Origin: Eubacteriales bacterium
GTDB lineage: Bacteria > Bacillota > Clostridia > Oscillospirales > CAG-272
Direction of reading: 5' to 3'
DNA length: 64,000 bases
Assembly: GCA_045535375.1 (NCBI GenBank)
Contig: JAZSLM010000019.1
Coordinates: forward strand, 10,871 to 74,870
Part shown: positions 39,229 through 48,878 of the stretch, one piece after another
How positions within the stretch are numbered: the first letter of the stretch is position 1
How the letters are laid out: every line of letters begins with the position of its first letter
Notes under the pieces: generated by a model
What the model saw: the letters and a program-made list of their open reading frames with translations, nothing else
Databases searched by the model: none
Told to the model about the DNA's origin: nothing
Position numbers and translations under genes: made by a program

Positions 39229-40169
39229 AATACGAGTCCTTTCACGGGGTCTGCCCCGATTGCTATATTCATATTCTGGATGGCTGCGCCCGAAGCGCCC
39301 TTGCCGAGGTTGCAGAATAATGCATAAATATTCATTGTGTATTCATTTCCCGAAACGATGATCTGCATCGAATCTCTGCCCGAAAGCGAATTCGAGAAGA
39401 TAAGCCCGTCGGGTGTGCCCTTTTCGCAGAGGGGAGCGACCGAGATGATCTTGCTTGACGCGTAGTGCTCCGAATAGAGCGCGTGCATTTCGGCAACCGA
39501 AAGCTGCTTCTTTGCAAGACGCATCTGCACGGGTACGCAAACGCACATTCCCGAATAGAAATCAGAAACGATCGGGTTGAACGCGGGGGCAAAATCGAGC
39601 GAGCAGACCGACTTGATCTCGGGCAGATGCTTGTGAGAAGCGGTCAGCGCGTAATGACAGGGCGAATCGAATTTCGGGTCGCGTCCGTCAGCCTCATAAT
39701 CGGCGATCATTTTCTTTCCTCCGCCCGAATATCCCGTCAGGCTGTGGATCGCGAAAGGATAGGCGGCGTCAAGGATTCCGCGCGATACGAGGGGGTAGAG
39801 GATCGCGATCGCGCCGCTTGCGTGGCAGCCGGGATTTGCGATGCGTTTCGAGCTTTTTATCTTTTCGGCGTGAGCCGCGGAAAGCTCCGGAAAACCGTAT
39901 GCCCAATCGGGGTTTGTGCGGTGCGCGGTCGAGCAGTCTATGATAACGGTGGAGTCATTTTTGCAAAGAGTCACAGCCTCGCGCGCCGCGTCGTCGGGCA
40001 GGCAGAGGAAGGTGACGTCGGAGGCACAGATCGCCTCTTGTCGCGCGGCGGCGTCCTTGCGTAATTCCTCGGGAAGAGTGATGAGCGAAATATCCTCGCG
40101 CGAGGCAAGCCGCTCATGGATGCGCAGTCCCGTAGTCCCCGCGCTTCCGTCAATGAACACTTTTTTCAT
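39225..40169 (-). CDS. argC: N-acetyl-gamma-glutamyl-phosphate reductase
   Basis: GSAGTTG NAD-binding motif and catalytic ANPGCHASG. Start at ATG 40169; the upstream part of the ORF is promoter DNA. Confidence 0.9.
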
Positions 40170-40218
40170 AAAATTTTTCTCCAAAAAGAAATTCTTTCTC
40201 ATTATAAATATGTTACAT

Positions 40219-40247
40219 ATTATACTACAAAAATCCCGAAAGGTCAA
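40219..40247 (-). promoter_or_regulatory. Promoter candidate for argCJBD
   Basis: Minus strand TTGACC-17 nt-TATAAT. Confidence 0.45.
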
Positions 40248-40256
40248 GGGGTTTGG

Positions 40257-40291
40257 TGAATATTTTTTCGAGAAAAATGAATAAATAATCA
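40257..40291. promoter_or_regulatory. Pair of ARG-box-like sites with centres 21 bp apart
   Basis: TGAATATTTTTTCG and TGAATAAATAATCA, upstream of the -35. Confidence 0.3.
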
Positions 40292-40302
40292 TTTTTATTA
40301 AT

Positions 40303-40604
40303 AAGTGGCTAGTGTCTAGTGACTAGTGGAAGGTAAATTTTCGCGGAGCGAAAATTTCAGATTAATAATTTTATGATGTGCCGACAAAACTTCGAGTAGC
40401 GCAAAGCTAAAGCAAGTAAAAAAGATTCTCGGATATTTCGAAGCAAAATCTTCTCAATATCCGAGATTTTTATTTAGGCATTAAATTATCCAACTAAATA
40501 GAGGATTATCAACACCAAATTAAATTATCATACAAGCTTGATTTTCGAGCAAAGCGAGAAAATCTTCTTTCACTAGCCACTAGTCACTAGCCGCTAGCCA
40601 CTAT
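40303..40604. repeat. ~300-bp element bounded by inverted CTAGTG-type heptamer arrays (sibling of 6090-6407)
   Basis: Left arm GTGGCTAGTGTCTAGTGACTAGTGG plus the AAGGTAAATTTTCG hairpin. Right side is ATTTTCGAGCAAAGCGAGAAAAT plus CACTAGCCACTAGTCACTAGCCGCTAGCCACTA. Confidence 0.65.
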
Positions 40605-43600
40605 TTACTATACTTCTCCATCATCTCTCTCGCTCTCTTGACGAGCTCCTTATATCTCTCGTCATCGCGCGCGGAGTTGAACCATTCCCAGCCTTTTTTG
40701 GCTGTCATGCCATTGTAGTAGCGCTGGGGGCAAGTGGTGTTCAGAAACCAAGCTTCCTCATAGTGCTCGCGGGTGCCGTCGGGGAGCACTAAAGAGCCGT
40801 TATCTCCTTTTTCGATCTTGATTCCGCCGTAAACTTCACTGTCGCCAACATCGAGCAAGGTTCCATCGGGTATCTCAAACCACTTCGGCGCAAGCTCGAA
40901 GGCGCGCTCGAGATATGCGTAAGCCTCGTCCTTGAGCTCCGGCTTCTTGCATCCGAAAGTGGTGCAAGCCGCCATAAAGTGCATTTCGGCGTAAAGACCG
41001 AGCCACGCGGGCGCGATCTCGCCGTTTTCATCGGTGAGCATATTCTCGATCATCTTGATGCGGTATTTTGCCCACGCTCTGCCTCTCGGCGCGTATTTCC
41101 AGGATCTGCTGTTGCGCGTAATGAAGTGCAGCATCAGGTGAAGATTGTTCGCGGCATTGCGCAGGCGCGCTTCGGGGAGTTTACCCTCATCCCAGATGCG
41201 ATCCTCAATGACCTCGCGCTCAACGAATGCATATTCGGTGGTCGGCGCGGGAACGTTGCGGATGCCCGTCATATCCTCAAAAATATTGATTTCGCCGTCC
41301 TCATTGCGGATATAGGTGTATTCCACAGCGCCATAGTATCCGTCGGTGAGGTCGATCGCCTCGTAAAAGCGCACAAGTCCGTCCTCGAAGGGCATATAAC
41401 CCTTGCCGATGCCCTCGTAGGAGGAAAGCTCGTATATTGCCTTTCTTCCGCCGGCATAATCGTTCACGGTGCGGACGATTCCGATGCCCTCGGCGAAGTA
41501 ATATTCCTTGTTGCCGCCGCGATAGGAGTGACCCCTATCCATACCGTCGATCTTGAGCGAGAGCTTGAGGCAGTTTTCAAATGTACCCGCCTTGGTGGTG
41601 ACGCTTCCGCCGTCCTCGACCGACATCGTCGTCTTGATCGGCATACGGTCGTAAAGTGAATATTCGATCACGGGAGACGCGCCAACGACCCAGGTGTCCG
41701 ACCAAAGGCATTTTGTCGCATCCTGAAGAATTCCGTACATGTGGTTGAAAAGCAGGGCATCCTCTGAGGCGACATTTCCGCTTCCGTTCTTCCATTCAAA
41801 GGAGAAGCGACGGTCCTGCGTCAGATGATATTCCCCATTCTTTTCGTGCAGGGCGGATTTCTGGAAGAAATTCCAATGCCCCGTGACCTTGGTGCCGGGG
41901 TTGAACTCGGGATCGGTGTCAAGGATCCTCCTCGCGACCTTCGCGGCAACACGGCTGTGCAGCTTTTCCATCTGCGTGAGCGCAAGCTTTTCGGTAAGCT
42001 CGATCTGGCGGTAAACGTCCTTGATCTTGCAGTTGTCCTTATCGTCATATTCGCAATATTCGTTGCGGACACACTCGATCATCTCAAGCCACGAGGACTC
42101 GTCATAGCCGAAGCGCTCGCTTTCATCGTATGTTGAGATGATCGCGTTTTCGCCGTCAAAGTATCTGACCTCGTAGCTGTCAACCGACCTTAAATATTGG
42201 GAATTTCCGTCGATCGAATATTCCCATCTGTTGCCGACCGCAAGCGGGATCAGTCCTTCGCCGCCCTTTATCTCGTATGAAGTGAGGTAAGCCGTGTCGC
42301 TGATACCGTCGAGTCTGCGCTCGTATTTTACGATACCAACGCCCGCGCGGTACCAGATCTTGTAATAGGAAGTACCGTTCCACCATTTGTATTCTTTAGA
42401 CTCCCAAACGTGGCAGTTTTCAAACACACCCGCGGGAGTTTCGGCGCGTTCGCTGTCGGAAAGATAGGTGAGAGTCGAGCCGTCGGTGGCGGTGTAGCAC
42501 TCACCCACGGGAATATCGAGGAAGAAATAACCGTCGCAGCTGCCCGCGTTTTCGAACAACATCGAGCGCGTGTCGCAGCCCGAATGAAGATAACCTTCCC
42601 CGTAGCCGTCGCGGTTCCAGGATCTCGGCACGCCGTCGATAATTCTTATCTTATCTGCGCCGAAACCGACGGCGTATGAGTTTTTATCTGCCTGTCCGAA
42701 TTTTTCTTCCATTCTTCCAAGCAAGTCAAGCGCGTTTGCGGCGAGCGAATGTACGGTATCGGACGCGGGGACGAGCTTTTGCGCCTTTTCCAGACATTCA
42801 CGGCTTTCCTCATATTTCCTATCCATCATATATCTGTATCCGAGGCGGAATATTTCGTAAGCCGTTGCACCGACAAATCCCGCTTTTTCGAGCGCGGGGA
42901 TCTGCACGTCGCGCATAAATTCGATCCGCTTCTGACCGCTGTATTCTTCGTCCTCGCGGGTGAGGATGAAGCGCATTATTTCGTCATTTTTACCGATCAG
43001 CGCCGCTTCCTTGATGCGGGCGAAGAGTTCCTCGTTCTTTTTGCCGGGGAGCCACCACCAGCCGCGCGCGAGGACGTCGGCGAGGGCGTGGTATTTATCC
43101 TTGCATTCGGGAAGGTTTTCGACCTCGGCGAGGACGCCCTTGTAGACCTCCGCGAAGCCGCTCTTGTCGCTCATGATCTGCCAGAGCTTGAGCTCCTCAA
43201 CCTTCTTCATTACTCTCTCGACGAGAGTATCGTTTGCTTTTTCATTCATTGCACAAAGTTCCTTTCTCAGCCTTTTTCTGCCTTCGTGGAGCTGGGATTT
43301 GACGGTGCCGACCGAAATTTGCATCCTTTCCGCGATTTCGGCGACCGAAAGCTCCTCGAAGTAATGGAGCGTGATCACGCGGCGTACCTTCTCGGGAAGC
43401 GAGAGGACGGTGCGGTGAAGCTCTTCCTTTTCCTCGGAGATCGCGTAAAGAGAGGCGGGGTCCTGCTCGTAGTCGGTGACGTCCGCGTATTTTTCGACGT
43501 CCTCGATGGGTGCAAAGGGACGGTAGCGGCGCACGGTGTTCTTCGCGCTGAACATTGCGATCTTGCACACCCAGGCGAGGAATTTTGAGGGCTCGGAGAG

Positions 43601-43795
43601 GGTATCGAGCTTCATCCACGCGGTGACGAATGCGTCCTGCGAGGCGTCCTCTGCCATGAAGTGATTGTGCGTGACCGATGCCGCCGCCGCGATGACGGCG
43701 TTCTGATGGCGCACGACCAGCGCCTCGAAGGCTTCCTTTTCGCCCGCAAGAGTCAAAAGCACCAGAGTTTCGTCGTTTTGGTTCTTGTAATTCAC
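40601..43795 (-). CDS. ECF-type sigma-70 factor fused to a ~850-aa C-terminal domain of unknown function
   Basis: Sigma region 2 (DASQDAFVTAWMKL) and region 4 (LPEKVRRVITLHYFEELSVAEIAERMQISVGTVKSQLHEGRKRL), followed by a long domain with no TM segment. Preferred start is GTG 43795, 8 nt after AGGAG; ATG 43819 and ATG 43990 are alternatives. Confidence 0.75.
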   Translation of the reverse strand: MNYKNQNDETLVLLTLAGEKEAFEALVVRHQNAVIAAAASVTHNHFMAEDASQDAFVTAWMKLDTLSEPSKFLAWVCKIAMFSAKNTVRRYRPFAPIEDVEKYADVTDYEQDPASLYAISEEKEELHRTVLSLPEKVRRVITLHYFEELSVAEIAERMQISVGTVKSQLHEGRKRLRKELCAMNEKANDTLVERVMKKVEELKLWQIMSDKSGFAEVYKGVLAEVENLPECKDKYHALADVLARGWWWLPGKKNEELFARIKEAALIGKNDEIMRFILTREDEEYSGQKRIEFMRDVQIPALEKAGFVGATAYEIFRLGYRYMMDRKYEESRECLEKAQKLVPASDTVHSLAANALDLLGRMEEKFGQADKNSYAVGFGADKIRIIDGVPRSWNRDGYGEGYLHSGCDTRSMLFENAGSCDGYFFLDIPVGECYTATDGSTLTYLSDSERAETPAGVFENCHVWESKEYKWWNGTSYYKIWYRAGVGIVKYERRLDGISDTAYLTSYEIKGGEGLIPLAVGNRWEYSIDGNSQYLRSVDSYEVRYFDGENAIISTYDESERFGYDESSWLEMIECVRNEYCEYDDKDNCKIKDVYRQIELTEKLALTQMEKLHSRVAAKVARRILDTDPEFNPGTKVTGHWNFFQKSALHEKNGEYHLTQDRRFSFEWKNGSGNVASEDALLFNHMYGILQDATKCLWSDTWVVGASPVIEYSLYDRMPIKTTMSVEDGGSVTTKAGTFENCLKLSLKIDGMDRGHSYRGGNKEYYFAEGIGIVRTVNDYAGGRKAIYELSSYEGIGKGYMPFEDGLVRFYEAIDLTDGYYGAVEYTYIRNEDGEINIFEDMTGIRNVPAPTTEYAFVEREVIEDRIWDEGKLPEARLRNAANNLHLMLHFITRNSRSWKYAPRGRAWAKYRIKMIENMLTDENGEIAPAWLGLYAEMHFMAACTTFGCKKPELKDEAYAYLERAFELAPKWFEIPDGTLLDVGDSEVYGGIKIEKGDNGSLVLPDGTREHYEEAWFLNTTCPQRYYNGMTAKKGWEWFNSARDDERYKELVKRAREMMEKYSK

Positions 43796-44097
43796 TTCGC
43801 GTTCTCCTTTCTTTGCCATACGAAAGTCGAACCTAATCGCCTCATAGCGATTAATTTTCGCGTCTTTCGGCGTGATTTTTCTCGCAAGGTTAATACCTTG
43901 CTTCGAATAATCCCACCAAAATCCATCAAAAATTAATTCGCTCTGAGGTGATTTTGTTCGGCTTCCGTATGGCACTTCTTGAACGTTCATTTAGTAGTGT
44001 CCAAAGAACGCCCGAAGGTTGGGAAGGTTGAGAAATTTTTCAAAAAATTTTGTGCGATTATATTATAGCATATAATTGTGGTTTTGTCTACAAATAA

Positions 44098-44122
44098 AAA
44101 ACGGCTCGATTGAGCCGTTTGA
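44098..44122 (-). terminator. Intrinsic terminator after the antitoxin gene
   Basis: Minus strand AACGGCTC-AATC-GAGCCGTT followed by TTTTATTT. Confidence 0.5.
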
Positions 44123-44124
44123 TA

Positions 44125-44439
44125 TTATCGGGCAACAAACCCCGATTTCTGCGGGAAGTTAGGATCGTTTCTTGTGAGTGAGAGCAATCTGCAAGCGGCA
44201 CCTTCGGGATGGTTTCTGCCCGCCTCCCATGATTCAACGGTCTTGACCGAGACCCCCATATATTTTGCAAACAAAACCTGTGTAAGACCGGTATTGTTTC
44301 GTATCTCCTTGATCTCTTGCGCGGTAAAGGTATCTACGGGAGCTATGGTTATTGTGGTTTTTCTTGCTTTGAGGTTGCCCTTTTCGTATTCAATCGCTTG
44401 CTGTACACCAAGCTTGATATCTTCAAAAATACTGCTCAT
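44125..44439 (-). CDS. XRE-family HTH antitoxin (HigA-like)
   Basis: HTH segment IKEIRNNTGLTQVLFAKYMGVSVKTVESWEAG. AGGAG RBS, 10 nt downstream of the toxin stop. Confidence 0.7.
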   Translation of the reverse strand: MSSIFEDIKLGVQQAIEYEKGNLKARKTTITIAPVDTFTAQEIKEIRNNTGLTQVLFAKYMGVSVKTVESWEAGRNHPEGAACRLLSLTRNDPNFPQKSGFVAR

Positions 44440-44449
44440 ACCTTCTCCT

Positions 44450-44794
44450 TTATTTACTATCTTTAAGTTGGTTTTCAAGAATCTCAATCAGTTGACGGAG
44501 TTCGTTCCTTTCGCCTTCGGTAAGATTATCTTTCTCATTTTTAGGATATGCGGTTATGAGATAAATTTTCTCATAAACTTCAAAATCTATGTAGATAATT
44601 CGGACACTCCCACTCTTGCCCTGATGTTCAAAGGCAAAGCGCATTTTTCGAATACCTCCGGTACCCCTCATAACAGCACCTACCTTCGGATCTGCGAGAA
44701 GCATTTCCTGAAGTCTACGAAGGTCTTTATCTGTTAAGCCGAGTTTTTCCCATTTTGAACGAAAAAGAGGCAATTCAATAAATGTGCGAGTCAT
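44450..44794 (-). CDS. RelE/HigB-like type II toxin
   Basis: About 114 aa, toxin-first order, with the GTGGIRKMRFAFEHQGKSGSVRIIY pattern typical of HigB-2/RelE-like toxins. Confidence 0.65.
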   Translation of the reverse strand: MTRTFIELPLFRSKWEKLGLTDKDLRRLQEMLLADPKVGAVMRGTGGIRKMRFAFEHQGKSGSVRIIYIDFEVYEKIYLITAYPKNEKDNLTEGERNELRQLIEILENQLKDSK

Positions 44795-44931
44795 ACAACC
44801 TGCTCCAATCTACTTTCTTTATCTATATTATACCCTATTTAATAGGGGTTGTCAATAGGTGCGTGAAAATTTGTCATATTTTCCTCCACCGCGCCGTATT
44901 AATTAATGAATAAAATTTGCGAGGTGAAACT

Positions 44932-46230
44932 ATGCGAAGAAGGATTTTTGTATTTTTGATCGGCTTTTGTTTGTTTTTTAGATGCGCGGTGATGCCGGCG
45001 ATGGCGGCGGAGGGGGAAGAGGTGCTTCTCTCGCCGGGGCTTTCTGTGATCGCGGCGCAGTGCGAGATGGTGGTTTCCGGCGTGCCGGGCGGTGAGGTCG
45101 TCTTCACGCGCGATGATTTCGCCCGCGCTGTCGGGTACGTTCCCGAAAGCATTACCGTTACCTCCCGCCCCGACTCCGCGGTCGGTCAGCTGACTATGGG
45201 AAGCGTGGTTATTCCCGAAGGTCAGGTGCTTTCGCGCGCGAGTCTTGACAAAATGGCGTTCATGCCGAGCAATCTTCCCGCGGCGGAGGATACTGCTTTT
45301 TGCTTCACCGCCGACGGCTCGCCCTATGAGTACACCTGCGTCGTAAGGCTTGTGGAGGCAGGCGAGACCAATTCCGCGCCCACGCTCGAATGTGCCACGG
45401 CAGCATCGCTTTCGGCTCGTGTGCCCGAGGGCGGGATCTGCGGCGGAACTCTTGCGGCGAGCGATCCCGAGGGGGATGAGCTCGTTTTTGAGATCACGTC
45501 CTATCCGCGCCACGGAAGCGTGATCCTCTCCGACCGTTCGAGCGGACGCTATCTTTACCGCCCGATCGCGGGATACACGGGCAGGGATTCATTTACTTAC
45601 ACCGTTCGCGACGAATGGGGCAGCTACGCGGGCGAGGCAGAGGTGAGGGTGACGGTCAGCCGTCTTTCCTCGCCCGATTATGCCGATATGGCGGGCAGTG
45701 CCGAGACTTTTGCGCGTCTTTGCGAGTCCGAGGGACTGATGAGCGGCACCGCATACGGCAACGCAGACTATTTTTATCCCGAAAACGGAATGACCCGCGC
45801 CGAATTCACCGTGACTCTGCTGACCGCGGCGGGTATCTCGCCCGATGCCGAGGGAGAGTGCAATTTTGCCGATAAGGACGAAATTCCCACCTCGGCGCGC
45901 GGATACGTCGCAAAGGCGGAAGCTCTCGGACTTTCAAACGGCTGGATAAAGGACGGAAAACAGGTCTTTGAGCCGAACCGCGAGATCACACTCGGAGAGG
46001 CGGCTCGAATGACGGCAATTCTTCTCGGAATCGGATACGACGGCGTCGTCGAAGTATCCGTTGGTGGCGCGAATTACGCGCGTTACGAGATCGCGGCGCT
46101 ATGCTCCGCGGGGCTTGGAAATCCCTTTGCGGGTGCAACTCCGAACGGCATTCTCACCCGAGCCGGCGCAGCCGAAATTCTTTGCGGAGTGCTCTCCGTC
46201 GCACGCGCGGGAGGTGTGATCAATGAATAA
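44932..46230 (+). CDS. Secreted wall-associated protein with a cadherin-like/Ig-like domain and C-terminal SLH repeats
   Basis: Signal peptide. The DPEGDELVFEITSYPRHGSV..YRPIAGYTGRDSFTYTV motif is followed by three SLH-like repeats (FADKDEIP..YVAKAEALGL..G..F.P...ITLGEAA). Confidence 0.7.
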   Translation: MRRRIFVFLIGFCLFFRCAVMPAMAAEGEEVLLSPGLSVIAAQCEMVVSGVPGGEVVFTRDDFARAVGYVPESITVTSRPDSAVGQLTMGSVVIPEGQVLSRASLDKMAFMPSNLPAAEDTAFCFTADGSPYEYTCVVRLVEAGETNSAPTLECATAASLSARVPEGGICGGTLAASDPEGDELVFEITSYPRHGSVILSDRSSGRYLYRPIAGYTGRDSFTYTVRDEWGSYAGEAEVRVTVSRLSSPDYADMAGSAETFARLCESEGLMSGTAYGNADYFYPENGMTRAEFTVTLLTAAGISPDAEGECNFADKDEIPTSARGYVAKAEALGLSNGWIKDGKQVFEPNREITLGEAARMTAILLGIGYDGVVEVSVGGANYARYEIAALCSAGLGNPFAGATPNGILTRAGAAEILCGVLSVARAGGVINE

Positions 46231-46807
46231 CAATCCCTATCCTCAGCTTACTTATATCCCCTATGACCGCCAAAGGGCGGTCGAGTATGCCCGCCGTTGG
46301 GCGCTTGAACGCAATCCCATCTTCGAGGACTACACGGGCATCGGCGGCGACTGCACGAATTTCGTTTCGCAGGCGATCTTTGCGGGTACCTGCGTGCAGA
46401 ATTACACGCGCGACCTCGGGTGGTACTTCATTTCGCCCTCCGACCGCGCCCCCGCCTGGACGAGTGTGGAGTATTTTTACGCTTTTATGACCGGCGCTCC
46501 CGAATTTGCCGCGGAAAACGGCGGCACGGGTCCCTTCGGATTTCCGACGACACTCGACCGCGTGCGACCCGGCGACGTCATTCAGCTTGCCGACGAGAGC
46601 GGGGATTTTTATCACACCCTGATAGTATCAATGGTTGAGGGCGGGGAGATATACGTTTGCGCCCACTCGGACGATGCCCTCGACCGCCCGCTTTCAAGCT
46701 ACAACAACGCCTCCGAGCGCGCCATTATGATCGCGGGAGCGAGGACCCGACCGGTTTATCCGTGCTTTGATGAATTGATGGGAGGGGGAACTCCGACAAA
46801 TGAATGA
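46223..46807 (+). CDS. Putative amidase-domain protein (Amidase_6-like)
   Basis: YDRQRAVEYARRWA..NP.F and GGDCTNFVSQAIFAG motifs. The start overlaps the upstream gene. Confidence 0.65.
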   Translation: MNNNPYPQLTYIPYDRQRAVEYARRWALERNPIFEDYTGIGGDCTNFVSQAIFAGTCVQNYTRDLGWYFISPSDRAPAWTSVEYFYAFMTGAPEFAAENGGTGPFGFPTTLDRVRPGDVIQLADESGDFYHTLIVSMVEGGEIYVCAHSDDALDRPLSSYNNASERAIMIAGARTRPVYPCFDELMGGGTPTNE

Positions 46808-46812
46808 AAATT

Positions 46813-46834
46813 CCGCGCTTCGGCGCGGTTTTTT
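46813..46834 (+). terminator. Intrinsic terminator
   Basis: CCGCGC-TTCG-GCGCGG followed by TTTTTT. Confidence 0.6.
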
Positions 46835-46836
46835 CA

Positions 46837-46865
46837 TTGACTTTGCTTCGAATATATGCTATAAT
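46837..46865 (+). promoter_or_regulatory. Promoter for the glycyl-radical enzyme operon
   Basis: TTGACT-17 nt-TATAAT. Confidence 0.55.
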
Positions 46866-46898
46866 CATCTCAAGAAAACATTTCTTACGAGGCGTGCT

Positions 46899-48878
46899 AT
46901 GAACGAGAAATATTATAATGATATTATAAAAAACAGAGTGCAGAGGTCGATGCGCCGCTCTTTTCCCGATGAGGGATTCACCGAGCGGCACGCATCGCTC
47001 GGAACTTCCGCGGTCGAGCGAATGAGCGAGCGCTTTGAGCTCGCCGCGCGCGCCGAAAAGCCATATATTTTTGAGGGTCAGCAGATCGTTTTCATGCGTA
47101 CCATCGGCGAGCTTCCCGATATTTTTACCAAGGATGAATGGCGCGCGATCAGGGTGGAGCATATCGTCCACGAGATCGGATATCAGTCGAATTACACTCC
47201 CGATTACATTTCCACGATAAAATCGGGACTTCTCGCGCGTCTTGACTCTGCCGACGAGCACCGCGCGCGTGTGATAAAGGCGATCCTTGATCTTTCCGAA
47301 AGATACTGTAAGCACGCCGCACAGATCGGCAGAGATGATGTTGCCGAGGTTTTGTCCCGTGTTCCCGCGCACCCCGCGACAACTCTGCGCGAGGCTTTGC
47401 AGTTCTTCAGAATTTTGCACTATGCGCTCTGGCTCGAGGGCGATTATCACAACACCGTGGGCAGATTCGACCTGCAGTTTGCTCCCTACTACTATGCCGA
47501 CCTCGCGGCGGGCAGACTGACGAAGGAATCCGCGCTCGAACTGATCGAGGATTTCTTCATCTCCTTCAACATCGACAGCGATATGTATAGCGGCATTCAG
47601 CAGGGCGACAACGGTCAGAGCCTTATGCTCGGAGGTCTGACGGCGGAGGGCGAGGATTGCTTCTCGGAATTTTCCGAGCTTTGCCTCATCGCAAGCCGAA
47701 ATCTGCGTGTCATTGACCCGAAGATCAACCTCCGAGTGAATAAAAACACGCCCGAAAGCCTCTATGAACTCGGAACGACGCTGACGGCGGTCGGACTCGG
47801 CTTTCCGCAGTATTCGAACGATGATGTCGTCATCCCGGGGCTCCTGGAGCTCGGATACGACTACTCGGACGCGGTCAATTATTCGGTCGCGGCTTGCTGG
47901 GAGTGCATCATCCCCGGCTGCGCGATGGACGTGGTCAATTACGGTTCGATGAACCTCAGCCTTGCTGTGCGCGAGGCGATCGTGGCGGATCTCGAAAAAT
48001 CGGCGGATTTCGAAAGTCTTATAGGATCGGTGAAGGATAATATAGAAAAACGTTGCTCCGAGATGGTTGAAAACCGCAAAAAGCCGCTCTGGCAGATGCC
48101 CTCGCCCTTCCTTGAAATGCTCTTTTCCGAGATCAAGTACCGCAATTTCGGCTTCCACGGTGCGGGCATCGCATCGGCAGCGGATCAGCTTGCGGCGGTG
48201 AAGAAGTATGTTTTTGATGAAAAGACGGTCACTCCCGCGCGCCTCATCAAGGCGATCGAGAGCGATTTCGAGAACGACCCCGAGCTTTTGCACCTACTTC
48301 GCTACGAGGCGCCAAAGATGGGTAACGATGAAGACGAAGCCGACGGTATGGCTTGTAAAGTCCTTGAATTTTATGCCGATGCGCTTCGCGACAAGCGCAA
48401 CATCTTCGGCGGACGCTTCCGCGCGGGCACGGGCACGGCGCTGATGTATATCAACAACGCGCGCGAAACTCCCGCAACCGCAGACGGCCGCCGCGACGGC
48501 GAATCTTTTGGCGCAAACTACGCGCCAAACCTCTTTTCGCGCATTTCGGGACCCGTTTCGCTTGTGAGATCCTTCTCCAAGCCCGATCTTGCCAAAACGA
48601 TCAACGGCGGACCCTTCACTGTCGAGTTTTCGGCGGATATGTTCAAAAATGACGAGGCAAAGTCGAAAACGGCGAAGCTCGTCAAGTACTTCATCGACCG
48701 CGGCGGCCATCAGATACAGCTCAACGCCGTCAGTCTTGAGGATATGCTTGACGCGCAGGAAAATCCCGAGGCGCATCGCTCGCTCATCGTCCGCGTGTGG
48801 GGCTGGTCGGGCTACTTCGTTGAGCTTGACAAGTGCTATCAGGATCACGTCATCGCCCGCAGAAGGTACACGGTATGA
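46899..48878 (+). CDS. Glycyl radical enzyme (PFL-like), unusually short at about 659 aa
   Basis: C-terminal glycyl-radical motif IVRVWGWSGYF, Cys-loop AACWECIIPG, and LREALQFFRILHYALWLEG block. Start at ATG 46899, downstream of its own promoter. Confidence 0.85.
   Translation: MNEKYYNDIIKNRVQRSMRRSFPDEGFTERHASLGTSAVERMSERFELAARAEKPYIFEGQQIVFMRTIGELPDIFTKDEWRAIRVEHIVHEIGYQSNYTPDYISTIKSGLLARLDSADEHRARVIKAILDLSERYCKHAAQIGRDDVAEVLSRVPAHPATTLREALQFFRILHYALWLEGDYHNTVGRFDLQFAPYYYADLAAGRLTKESALELIEDFFISFNIDSDMYSGIQQGDNGQSLMLGGLTAEGEDCFSEFSELCLIASRNLRVIDPKINLRVNKNTPESLYELGTTLTAVGLGFPQYSNDDVVIPGLLELGYDYSDAVNYSVAACWECIIPGCAMDVVNYGSMNLSLAVREAIVADLEKSADFESLIGSVKDNIEKRCSEMVENRKKPLWQMPSPFLEMLFSEIKYRNFGFHGAGIASAADQLAAVKKYVFDEKTVTPARLIKAIESDFENDPELLHLLRYEAPKMGNDEDEADGMACKVLEFYADALRDKRNIFGGRFRAGTGTALMYINNARETPATADGRRDGESFGANYAPNLFSRISGPVSLVRSFSKPDLAKTINGGPFTVEFSADMFKNDEAKSKTAKLVKYFIDRGGHQIQLNAVSLEDMLDAQENPEAHRSLIVRVWGWSGYFVELDKCYQDHVIARRRYTV

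Noticed and set aside
43796-43990. Longer N-terminus for the sigma-fusion protein (ATG 43990 or 43819)
   Set aside because: There is no RBS at either ATG, and codon usage in this stretch is AT-rich and unlike the rest of the gene. GTG 43795 has AGGAG at 8-nt spacing and gives a canonical ECF N-terminus. This is kept as an alternative, not excluded.
46800-46898. Upstream start (ATG 46800) for the glycyl-radical enzyme
   Set aside because: This stretch contains an intrinsic terminator and a TTGACT-17-TATAAT promoter, so it is intergenic.
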